NCBI GenBank assembly: GCA_965243025.1 | Contig: CBDETY010000003.1 | Coordinates: 4,576,001 to 4,640,000, forward strand | Origin: Candidatus Latescibacterota bacterium | GTDB taxonomy: Bacteria; Latescibacterota; UBA2968; UBA8231 | Direction: 5' to 3' | DNA length: 64,000 bases | In this document: positions 49,201-56,803 of the stretch, one piece after another | Position numbering within the stretch: position 1 is the stretch's first letter | Layout of the letters: every line of letters begins with the position of its first letter | The notes under the pieces: model-generated | Told to the model about the DNA's origin: nothing | The model's database searches: none | Seen by the model: only the letters and a program-made list of their open reading frames with translations | Translations under genes and position numbers: made by a program

Positions 49201-50298
49201 CTGGGACTGGCCCTGGCTTCCCCCGTCGCCGCCCTTTCCCCCAACCCGGAGACAACCTTTCCCAGGGACGGCTTCATGCGCCGGTTCACGGTCCTGGCGA
49301 GCGAGCCGGTCGTCGTCGTAGCCAACCCGGCGGGGACCCCTTCGAGGATGCTGGTCGCCGAATCCAGCGGTGCTTTCAACGAGTGCCCGGCGCAACGGGA
49401 AGACAGCCTGAGGCGCAGGCACGGCCAGACGGTGTACCTCGGCGGGTGCACCCCCGGCCAGGCGACGGTCGAGCTGAGACGGGCTTCCGATCAGGCGGTT
49501 CTGAAGACCTACGCCGTCAGGGTATCGGGAAAGTTGAAGATGTACTGGACCAATGCGGGCAGGAACGACAAGATCCAGCGGGCCGACATCGACGGGACCA
49601 ACGTCGAGGATCTGGTCACGACAGGTTTGAGTGAGCCCATCGATCTGGCACTGGATGTGACGGGCGGCAAGATGTACTGGACCGACCAGGGAACGGACAA
49701 AATCCAGCGGGCCGACCTGGACGGAACGGGGGTGGAAGACCTCCTTACGACAGGATTGTTCTATCCCGTTGGTCTGGCACTGGACCTGATTGCAGGAAAG
49801 ATGTACTGGACGGACATGGATGCCGATAAAATCAAACGGGCGAATCTCGACGGTTCCAATGTGGAGGATCTCGTCACCACGGGATTGAGCAGGCCAAGGG
49901 GGATAGCCCTGGATCTGGCGGCCGGAAAAATGTACTGGACGGATCAGGGAACGGACAAAATTCAGCGGGCCGACCTGGACGGCTCAAATATCGAGGATCT
50001 CGTTACCTCCGGGACGAATGATCTCGACAGGCTGGCTCTCGATCCGGAAGCCGGCAAGATCTACTGGACCGACGCCAGGGCTGGCAAGGTCCAGCGCGCC
50101 AACCTGGACGGATCAGATGTGGAAGACCTGGTCACCGGACTGGGAGTGGCAAGGGGAATTGCCCTGGACCTCCCAGGAGGAAGGATGTACTGGACCGACA
50201 GTGGCACAGACCGAATTCAGAGCGCGAACCTGGACGGATCCAACATCCAGACTCCGGTCACCGGAATGGTCGGTCCCACTTCCATCGCGCTGGAATGA
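46237..50298 (+). CDS. Secreted protein: internal FlgD-Ig domain, dockerin, three six-bladed YWTD (LDL-receptor class B) propellers
   Basis: Internal LGQNYPNPFNPST...GVYLYRL; dockerin pair GDVDNNGRVDVVDA / GDVNSDGRIDTAD; 18 YW(T/L/M/A/S) repeats in three groups of six. Start may be ATG 46315. Confidence 0.9.
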   Translation: MTILKEGESAGAKHGRRETPPKKSLPMTRRSIRVEGHRRGLKRVTGALIVIGLVMGLHFGPVPPLEGRAHLVSWEAAGDDPLLQGRVRFPSGQPVAGARVMLFDLDGLHRVAAATTDESGWFSLTAQASAPALPERFHLGQNYPNPFNPSTVIPYELPAAARVRLEVFNLLGQRVATLVDEERPAGSHSARWDGTDSAGRAVGAGVYLYRLQGGGMSATRRMLLIDGQAGIPASEASSGGIPEEGREGVEAAAPVFGLTVSGAGLITHVNPAFRIEAGGGAVDLVVEKAGHPRGKVAASGMAGDVDNNGRVDVVDALLVALYILDSSLILPNNGDISRGDVNSDGRIDTADLWLILTNYVLPGPTPSGKMYWTAEGPPRIQRADLDGSNVEDLVTSGLVNPRGLALDAAGGKMYWLDRGTGKLQRADLDGSNVEDLVTTGLQHPLSLALDAAAGKVYWLDHRTARILRANLDGSNVESLVSTGRQPEGLALDAAGGKLYWMTVGTDRIHRANLDGSNVEDLVTTGLDSPSGLALDLAAGKMYWTDSGTDRIQRANLDGSNVEDLVTTGLRQPEELALDVGAGKMYWADWNTGKIQRANLDGSSVEDLLSAGPGGPYGLALEIPSADGQAAGTATLEPDPSTVVLENDGRWRAFSVRAGAPVVVTANPAGTTPRVEITGIEAASNQCPAESEEEVERHDGETVYLAGCAAGQATVKLRRAADQTLLRTYTFTISQPLPASTVSSKMYWTSPGKIQRADRDGTNVEDLVTFGSPRNLALDMLAGKMYWTDTGTRKIWRADLDGSQVESLISSGLISPVGLALDVDAGKIYWTDTGSNRIQRANLDGSQVEYLVSLGLHSPEGLALDADRGKIYWSDYGTNKIQRANLDGSQVEELVTTGLRSPEGLALDADAGKMYWADYTTDKIQRANLDGSQVEDLVTAGLSIPRDLALEAAAGKIYWTDSGTGKIQRANLDGSQVEDLLSASESSAPLGLALASPVAALSPNPETTFPRDGFMRRFTVLASEPVVVVANPAGTPSRMLVAESSGAFNECPAQREDSLRRRHGQTVYLGGCTPGQATVELRRASDQAVLKTYAVRVSGKLKMYWTNAGRNDKIQRADIDGTNVEDLVTTGLSEPIDLALDVTGGKMYWTDQGTDKIQRADLDGTGVEDLLTTGLFYPVGLALDLIAGKMYWTDMDADKIKRANLDGSNVEDLVTTGLSRPRGIALDLAAGKMYWTDQGTDKIQRADLDGSNIEDLVTSGTNDLDRLALDPEAGKIYWTDARAGKVQRANLDGSDVEDLVTGLGVARGIALDLPGGRMYWTDSGTDRIQSANLDGSNIQTPVTGMVGPTSIALE
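47344..50295 (+). repeat. Intragenic ~129-nt (43-aa) YWTD tandem repeats in three blocks
   Basis: Recurrent AAGATGTACTGG...CAGCGGGCC(A/G)ACCTCGACGG...GTCGAAGACCTCGTCACC; blocks at about 47344-48100, 48469-49215 and 49540-50295. Confidence 0.92.
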
Positions 50299-50385
50299 TG
50301 CTGCCCGGTGAGACTTCGATCTGGGAACGATCCTTGCTGAAATTTGCTCGGCCCAGATCAACAGGAACCCAATCCTCGATAACCG

Positions 50386-53300
50386 CTATCTGTCCACGGA
50401 AGCCGCAGGGTCCGCTTCTTCCAGCAGGCGTTCCTTCGACCGGCACTTTTCCAGCGCCGCCTCGGCGACGGCGGCCCAGCCCGAGCGGCTGTACTCCTCG
50501 ACCAGCCGCCGGTAGTAGGGCCGCGCCCGCCGGCACCCGGACCGCTTCTCCGTAAGCGCCGCCAGCGAGCCGAGCGCGTCGTCGGCGAGGTCGGAAGCAG
50601 GGTATCCGTCGACAAGCTTTCCGTACAACCCGGCGGCCTCCTCCCAGTCTTCACGGGCTTCCGCCACGCGTCCGAGGTGGAACCAGGCCGGGGCCGTCAC
50701 AGCGCCGTCGGGGCCCTGCCTCAGCATCCGGCGCAGAGGCCACTCGGCTTCCTCGAGGCGGCCTCGCTGCAGGTGATGCCGGGCGATGTTCAGGTGGGCC
50801 TCGGCGCTGCGCTGGTGCCAGTCGAGCAGGAGCACCCGGTGATACAGCTCCTGGGCCCGCTCCTCCTCGAAGTTCCGGTCCGCGGCCTCGGCTTCCCGGT
50901 ACAGCCTTTCCCCTTCCGCCAGGAAGCGTCCCTCCCGGGTCTCGTACTCGACCAGTTCGATGCCGCCCTTCGAGGCGAGAATCAGCTGCAGCGGCAGGTT
51001 CATGCGCGCGATGCCGGCCGGGGTCAGCAGCCCCGACCCGGTCTTGACGTGGGCGGCCCCGACCGGGAAGGCGTTCCACGACGGATCGACGCCGACCCAT
51101 TCTCCGAGGAACACCTCCGGCCATACGTGGAGCACCAGCACCCCGTCCGGAGAGGCGGCGAACCCGGAGGCGACCCGGACCGGCAGCCCGGCCGCCCGGC
51201 AGAGGGCGGCGTAGAGGACGGTGTACTCGCTGCAGGTGCCACGCATGTCCTCCAGCACCTCGAGAGCGGACTTGAAGCGGACGTTGGTGTCGGCGGGGGT
51301 CATGTTGTCGTACACCCACTGCTGCAGGCGGCGCGCCGCGGTCAGGGCGTCCCGCTCGCCGGCGGCGATGCGCGCGCTCAGGGCAGTCAGCTCCGGATGC
51401 CGCGACTGGATGTAGAGGGACGGCTCGAGCCAGGGGCGCAGGGAGTCTCCCTTCACCGGCAGGGCCGTCCTCCCGGAGGGGAGCCCGAGGCGGCGCACGA
51501 CCAGCCGCGTCCCGAGGCTGTCGCTTGCGAGGTGCTGCCTCCGGTTCGCGACGAACAGGGAGCCGGCCTCCGCCGCCGACCACGGCAGGCTCAGCACGAG
51601 CCGCTCCAGGCGGGCGGGGTCCTGTATCTCGTGGTCGAGAGTCAGCACCACCGGTTTTCCCGGCGCTTCCCACGACAGCGCCCTTCCCCTGTCGGTCCGG
51701 GCCCCGGACGATCCGAACCGGGGAACCGCGGTTCTCACCTCGCCGCCCCCGGGGTCGAGCCAGGTGTGGAAGAAGACCCCCGGCAGCAGGTCCGGCGTCT
51801 CCCCCCTGACCGGTGACGGCGCCAGCGGCCCGTAGCGCATGGTAACCTTCAACAGGGAATCCGCCTCCTCCTCCGGCTCCCGTTCCCCAGCGGTGACGTA
51901 CAGGGGGCGGACGGCGAGAGCCGCGTAGTCGAAAACCTCGACAGTGTCGGCGGTCCCGGGCTGCAGCGAGCCCCGGCGGGCGAGCTCCGGGAGGGCGGTC
52001 TCGGGGAGCAGGACCCCCGGACCGGCCTCCACCGTGTCGGTGACCGTCTGCCCGGCGAGCCGCTGCTCGCTGCGCACGCGGCCGTCGCCGAGCCAGTCGC
52101 CGCGGCTGACCAGGCGCTGGCTCCCCTCGGTCTTCTCGTTGCGGAAGGAGACGGGCCGCAGATCCTCGCCGACCTCGAGGGAGGAGCGCACGCGCACGAA
52201 CCCGTGGCTCCAGTTCACGGTCTCCTCGCCGAAACGCAGGCCGCCGCCGGCAAGCACTTGCGACCACCGTTTGGCGTAGCCGGTCTTGAAGCCGCGGCTG
52301 CGCAGCTCGGTCCATACCGTATCGGCGCGGCCGGACCGCGGCGGCTCCACCCGTCTCGAGAAGGCGTACAGGTACCCGTCCGCGGCGGCGACGTACAGGC
52401 GTCCGGCATCGCCGTGCAGGCGAACGGCGCCGCGGCCTGCCCGCTGCTCCCAGGCAAACTCTCCGGTCCGCCGGTCGATTGCGGCCACCGCCCCGGAATC
52501 GTTGGAGACCATCACCTGTCCGGCGCCGGGCAGCGGGACGAGGCCGGTCGGCCTGGCCCCGAGCGGTCTCTTCCAGACCGGGGCGCCGGTCCCGGGGTTC
52601 AGGCTCCAGGCGTAACCGTTGTCCGTCAGGCAGAGGATGGAACCCCGGCCTGCCTGCGGGGGCGCCCGCAGCTTGGCCCCGAGGCGGCGCTCCCACAGCA
52701 GGGCGAGTCCCTCCCTTTCCCAGGCGCGGACGAAACCGTCGGAGGCGGCCGCGACCACCAGGTCTCCCGCCGGGACCGGGGTGCCTGCGGCGGCGCCGAC
52801 CTCGACCTCTCCCAGCCTGCGGCCGCTGCCGCCGTCGACGGCGAGCAGGAAGCCGTCGGCGTTGCCGACGTACAGCCGGCCGGCTTGCAGGAGCGGGCGC
52901 GCCGGCCGGCGGATCCCCGTGCGCAGCTTCCAGGCGAGGGTACCGTCGCCGCGGCGGGCGTAGAGCCAGCCGTCGGAGCTGTTGAAGTAATCGAGGCTGT
53001 CCCCGGCCGCTATACGGGCGCCGCCGGAAGCGGAGCCGTGATGTTTCCAGAGGAGGCTGCCGTCGGCGATCCGGCAGCTGCCCGCGGTCCCCCGGGTGCC
53101 GGCGAACAGCAGCCTGCCGGAGGCCGCCCGCAGGTCGCCGATGAGGCCGGCCCCCGGAAGCCGCCAGCGCACCGCCCCGGAGCCGGCTTCGACCGCCAGC
53201 AGGGAGCCGTCCGCTTCGGCGAGAAAGACCAGGGTGTCCGCCCACGCCACCGGCCCGGCGGGAAACCCGGTCAGCCGCTTCCACTCCAGGGTGTAGGGGA

Positions 53301-53448
53301 AAACGGCGTTGTCCCGGACCGGAGCGGCCGCCAGGGCGGCACAGAGGCAAAGCCACAGGGCAACCGGGAGCGGTTTCGAAATCCGGCAGAGTCCTGCGGA
53401 CCGTGGAAAAGGCCCATCCGGGCTGCGCCGGCAGAGCAACTCTACCAC
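50386..53448 (-). CDS. PQQ-type (BamB-like) beta-propeller + transglutaminase-like domain + TPR fusion
   Basis: Repeated DG.L.A....G...W blades; TGase triad GTCSEY...HVWPEV...GVDPSW; C-terminal TPRs (YPASDLADDAL). Start uncertain (GTG 53448 or TTG 53439). Confidence 0.85.
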   Translation of the reverse strand: MVELLCRRSPDGPFPRSAGLCRISKPLPVALWLCLCAALAAAPVRDNAVFPYTLEWKRLTGFPAGPVAWADTLVFLAEADGSLLAVEAGSGAVRWRLPGAGLIGDLRAASGRLLFAGTRGTAGSCRIADGSLLWKHHGSASGGARIAAGDSLDYFNSSDGWLYARRGDGTLAWKLRTGIRRPARPLLQAGRLYVGNADGFLLAVDGGSGRRLGEVEVGAAAGTPVPAGDLVVAAASDGFVRAWEREGLALLWERRLGAKLRAPPQAGRGSILCLTDNGYAWSLNPGTGAPVWKRPLGARPTGLVPLPGAGQVMVSNDSGAVAAIDRRTGEFAWEQRAGRGAVRLHGDAGRLYVAAADGYLYAFSRRVEPPRSGRADTVWTELRSRGFKTGYAKRWSQVLAGGGLRFGEETVNWSHGFVRVRSSLEVGEDLRPVSFRNEKTEGSQRLVSRGDWLGDGRVRSEQRLAGQTVTDTVEAGPGVLLPETALPELARRGSLQPGTADTVEVFDYAALAVRPLYVTAGEREPEEEADSLLKVTMRYGPLAPSPVRGETPDLLPGVFFHTWLDPGGGEVRTAVPRFGSSGARTDRGRALSWEAPGKPVVLTLDHEIQDPARLERLVLSLPWSAAEAGSLFVANRRQHLASDSLGTRLVVRRLGLPSGRTALPVKGDSLRPWLEPSLYIQSRHPELTALSARIAAGERDALTAARRLQQWVYDNMTPADTNVRFKSALEVLEDMRGTCSEYTVLYAALCRAAGLPVRVASGFAASPDGVLVLHVWPEVFLGEWVGVDPSWNAFPVGAAHVKTGSGLLTPAGIARMNLPLQLILASKGGIELVEYETREGRFLAEGERLYREAEAADRNFEEERAQELYHRVLLLDWHQRSAEAHLNIARHHLQRGRLEEAEWPLRRMLRQGPDGAVTAPAWFHLGRVAEAREDWEEAAGLYGKLVDGYPASDLADDALGSLAALTEKRSGCRRARPYYRRLVEEYSRSGWAAVAEAALEKCRSKERLLEEADPAASVDR

Positions 53449-53525
53449 CGGTTGGCAAGGACAGTGACGGGAACGGGCAGCCGAATCATTGCAATATTCC
53501 AACAGTGTATCCGCCCCTTCCTGCT

Positions 53526-53553
53526 TTGACAAATGACCGGTGCCCTGTATGTT
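53526..53553 (+). promoter_or_regulatory. Candidate sigma70 promoter for the TPR-rdgB-ABC operon
   Basis: TTGACA-N16-TATGTT, about 100 nt before ATG 53650. Confidence 0.5.
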
Positions 53554-53649
53554 CCGCACCTGCACGGGTTGCCCAACCCCGTTCGAAACCTCCTCCCTTT
53601 TCCACCGTTCCCTTTCCATCATTTCAACATCAGGACGACCGCTACTCCC

Positions 53650-54786
53650 ATGTCGAGGACTGCCACCCTCCTGCCGGGCGATCGCATCCGGGCTTTTGTC
53701 CTCCTGGCGGCGCTGACGGCGGCACTGTCGGCCCCGGGGCTGGTTGCGCAGGAACCGGACGACTCCGCCCGCAAACCGGACCCCGCCGCCGTTCAGCACT
53801 ACAGCAAGGGCCTCGAGCTGCTCCAGAACCGCGACTTCCGCAACGCCGCCATCGCCCTGAATCAGGCAGTGAACACCGACTCCACCTACGGAGACGCCCA
53901 CTACGCCCTGGCGAAGACCCAAAAGACCCTCAACCAGTTCGACCGCGCCATCCGCGCTTTCGAGGCCGCCGCCCGCCACGGCGTTTCCTCCGAGCGCGCG
54001 CGCCAGCGCATTCCCGCCCAGCTCGCCGACGTCTACAAGAAGTCGGCGGTGCAGTCGTTCAAGCAGAAGAAGTTCCGCGAGGCGATCGGCAGCTTCGAGA
54101 AGGCGCTGGAGCTGAAGCCCGGCGACGCCGACGTGTTCTACCTTCTCGGCCTCTGCTACAACGCCCTGCGGGAGGACGCGGAAGCGGCCAGGGCGTTTCA
54201 GGATGCCATCGACGCCGACTCCACCTACGTCAAGGCGCTCAAATCGCTCGCCGACCTGCAGCGGCGGCAGGGCAATCTCCGCGCCGCCGCCGGGACCTAC
54301 CGCCGCGCCGTCGCACTCGACCCCGCCTATACCAATGCCTACCTCGGCCTCGCCAAGGTCCAGATCGACAGCGAGGACCTCGACGGGGCCCTGTCCACCC
54401 TGAACAGCGCCGTCGAGGTCGATCCGGAGTTTCTTCAGGGGCTCTGCCTGATCGGTCAGACCTTGAGCCAGAAAGGCCGCTACCACGAAGCGATCGAGTC
54501 GCTGCAGCTGGCCCTCGATGTCAACAGCAAGCACGCCGAGGCCCACTTCCGGCTCGCCGAGGCCTACTACGGGACCGGCGACTGGAAGAAGGCGCTCGAC
54601 GCCGGCCTCGAGGCGACCCGCCTGCAGCGCAACTACCACGCCGCCGAAGTCGTGGTCGCCGACTCCTACAAAAAGCTCGGCCAGGTGCCCGAAGCGCGGA
54701 CCTGGTACAAGAAGGCCATACAGGACAGCCGTTTCAGGGACTGGTGCGAGCAGCAGCTGAAGGAACTGGACCGGCAGCAGCCCTGA
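53650..54786 (+). CDS. Secreted TPR-repeat protein (paralog 1)
   Basis: Signal peptide ending LVA-Q, then about nine TPR units. Confidence 0.9.
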   Translation: MSRTATLLPGDRIRAFVLLAALTAALSAPGLVAQEPDDSARKPDPAAVQHYSKGLELLQNRDFRNAAIALNQAVNTDSTYGDAHYALAKTQKTLNQFDRAIRAFEAAARHGVSSERARQRIPAQLADVYKKSAVQSFKQKKFREAIGSFEKALELKPGDADVFYLLGLCYNALREDAEAARAFQDAIDADSTYVKALKSLADLQRRQGNLRAAAGTYRRAVALDPAYTNAYLGLAKVQIDSEDLDGALSTLNSAVEVDPEFLQGLCLIGQTLSQKGRYHEAIESLQLALDVNSKHAEAHFRLAEAYYGTGDWKKALDAGLEATRLQRNYHAAEVVVADSYKKLGQVPEARTWYKKAIQDSRFRDWCEQQLKELDRQQP

Positions 54787-54851
54787 GCGAAGGCGCCGCC
54801 CGCGGCCGCGGGGCTGGCCTGCCCGCCGCGGCCGTCGATGCCGGCGAGCGG
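54783..54851 (+). pseudogene. Degenerate remnant of the rdgB 5' end carried by the tandem duplication
   Basis: CTG-started frame LSEGAARGRGAGLPAAAVDAGER aligns with the RdgB N-terminus LSGGAGRGLPGLLAATTNAGKL at 56168. Confidence 0.55.
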
Positions 54852-55058
54852 AGGTGTCCGCGGCCTGAAGAGCCGGACCGGCTGCCCGCGTCCTCGCGGC
54901 GCGGCGCCGGCGGCATTTCGGAGGGGATTCGCTACATTGTTCCGGCCCCTTCCCGCTTTGAAAAATGCCCGGCGCCCTTTAAATTCCGCCTTGGCAGTCT
55001 GTCGAAACCGCTTTCGACCCTCCTCCAACTTGAAAACGCCAGGACAACTGCTAATCCC

Positions 55059-56171
55059 ATGTCGACCGATCGCATCCGGATCTTCCTCCTTCTTCCGGCG
55101 CTGACGGCGATCCTGTCGCCCCCGGCGCTGGTCGCGCAGGAGCCGGACCCCGCCGCCAGAAAACCGGACCCCGCCGCTGTCGAGTACTACAGCAAGGGCC
55201 TCGAGCTGCTCAGGAATCGCGACGTCCCCAACGCCGCCATCGCCATGCAACAGGCGGTAACGGCCGACTCGACCTACGGGGACGCCCACTACGCCCTGGC
55301 GAAGACGTACAAGGTCCTGAACCGGTTCGACCGCGCCATCCGCGCCTTCGAGGCGGCCACCCGCCACGGCGTTTCCTCCGAGGGCGCGCTCGAGCGGATT
55401 CCCGCCCAGCTCGCCGACATCTACAAGAAATCCGCGGTCAAGTCGTTCAAGCAGAAAAAGTACCGCGAGGCGATCGGCAGCTTCGAGAAGGCGCTGGAAC
55501 GGAGTCCCGGCGACGCCGATCTGTTCTACCTCATCGGCCTCTGCTACAAGGCCCTCCGGGTCAACAAGGCCGCCGTCGATGCGTTTCAGGATGCCATCGA
55601 TGCGGACCCCACCTACGTGAAGGCCTACGCGTCGCTCGCCGGCCTGCAGCGGCGGCAGGGCAACATCGGGGCCGCCGCCGGCACCTACCGCCGGGCCATC
55701 GCACTCGACTCCGGGTATACCAAGGCGTACCTCGGCCTCGCCAGGATCCAGATCCACAACAAGGAATTCGAGGACGCCCTGGCCACCCTGGGCAGGGCGG
55801 TCAAGGTCGATCCCGAGTTTCTCGAAGGGCATTGCCTGATCGGTCTGACCTTGAGCCAGAAAGGCCTCCACCAGGAGGCGATCGAGCCGCTGCGGCGCGC
55901 CATAGAAATCGACGACAATCACGCCGACGCCCATTACGTCCTCGGCGAGGCCTACTACGGGATCGGCGAATGGAAACTGGCGCTCGACTCCGGCCTCAAG
56001 GCGACGCGCCTGCAGCGCGACTACCACGCCGCCGAAGTCGTGGTCGCCGATGCCTACACCAAGCTCGGCCAGGTGTCCGAAGCGCGAACCTGGTACAACA
56101 AGGCCAAGGTGGACAACCGCTTCAGGGATTGGTGCGAGCAGCAGTTGCAGGACCTGGACCGGGAGCTCTGA
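55059..56171 (+). CDS. Secreted TPR-repeat protein (paralog 2)
   Basis: Colinear with paralog 1 (DSTYGDAHYALAKT, FDRAIRAFEAA, YHAAEVVVAD, RFRDWCEQQL). Confidence 0.9.
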   Translation: MSTDRIRIFLLLPALTAILSPPALVAQEPDPAARKPDPAAVEYYSKGLELLRNRDVPNAAIAMQQAVTADSTYGDAHYALAKTYKVLNRFDRAIRAFEAATRHGVSSEGALERIPAQLADIYKKSAVKSFKQKKYREAIGSFEKALERSPGDADLFYLIGLCYKALRVNKAAVDAFQDAIDADPTYVKAYASLAGLQRRQGNIGAAAGTYRRAIALDSGYTKAYLGLARIQIHNKEFEDALATLGRAVKVDPEFLEGHCLIGLTLSQKGLHQEAIEPLRRAIEIDDNHADAHYVLGEAYYGIGEWKLALDSGLKATRLQRDYHAAEVVVADAYTKLGQVSEARTWYNKAKVDNRFRDWCEQQLQDLDREL

Positions 56172-56803
56172 GCGGCGGCGCCGGCCGCGGCCTGCCCGGG
56201 CTGCTCGCCGCTACCACCAATGCCGGCAAGCTGAAAGAGCTGCGCCTGCTCCTCCCCGAGTACCGCCTCGTTTCACCTGAAACTCTCGGCCTCCGCCTGG
56301 AGGTTGTCGAAGACGGCGGCAGCTTTCGCGAGAACGCCGCCCTCAAGGCGCTGGCATGGGCGGCGGCTTCCGGGCGTCCGGCCATCGCCGACGACTCCGG
56401 GCTCGAAGTCGACGCCCTCGGCGGGGAGCCCGGGATTTTTTCGGCCCGCTACGGAGGCCCCGGCCTCGACGACGCCGGCAGGTGCCGCCTGCTGCTTTCC
56501 AACCTCGCCCGCGTCGCCGACCCCGCTGAACGGACGGCCCGCTTCGTCTGCTGCGCCGCGGTCGCCGCTCCCGACGGCCGCACCTGCTTCGGAGAGGGGA
56601 CCTGCGAAGGCCGCATCGCCGCCGATGCCTCCGGCGCCGGCGGGTTCGGGTACGACCCGGTCTTCTACCTGCCGCGGGAGGGCCGGACCATGGCGGAGCT
56701 GTCCGCCGCCGAAAAAAACCGGATCAGCCACCGCACCCGGGCGCTGGCGGCGCTGCGCGAGCGGCTGCCGGAGGTTTTCCCCGAGCTGGGCATATCCCAC
56801 TGA
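56168..56803 (+). CDS. rdgB: Non-canonical purine NTP pyrophosphatase (RdgB/HAM1)
   Basis: ATTNAGK, ENAALKA, ADDSGLEVDAL, SARY, GFGYDPVF, KNRISHR; probable CTG start overlapping the upstream TGA. Confidence 0.93.
   Translation: MSGGAGRGLPGLLAATTNAGKLKELRLLLPEYRLVSPETLGLRLEVVEDGGSFRENAALKALAWAAASGRPAIADDSGLEVDALGGEPGIFSARYGGPGLDDAGRCRLLLSNLARVADPAERTARFVCCAAVAAPDGRTCFGEGTCEGRIAADASGAGGFGYDPVFYLPREGRTMAELSAAEKNRISHRTRALAALRERLPEVFPELGISH

Noticed and set aside
47344-50295. Regularly spaced repeats considered as a CRISPR array
   Set aside because: In-frame ~129-nt degenerate coding repeats with no unique spacers and no cas genes.
50386-54639. 1417-aa ORF-track version of the PQQ-TGase gene
   Set aside because: The first ~400 codons are antisense to TPR paralog 1; the real protein begins near 53400-53450.
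53650-56171. TPR pair considered as DGR template/variable repeats
   Set aside because: Both are full-length ORFs, differences are not adenine-specific, and no reverse transcriptase is present.
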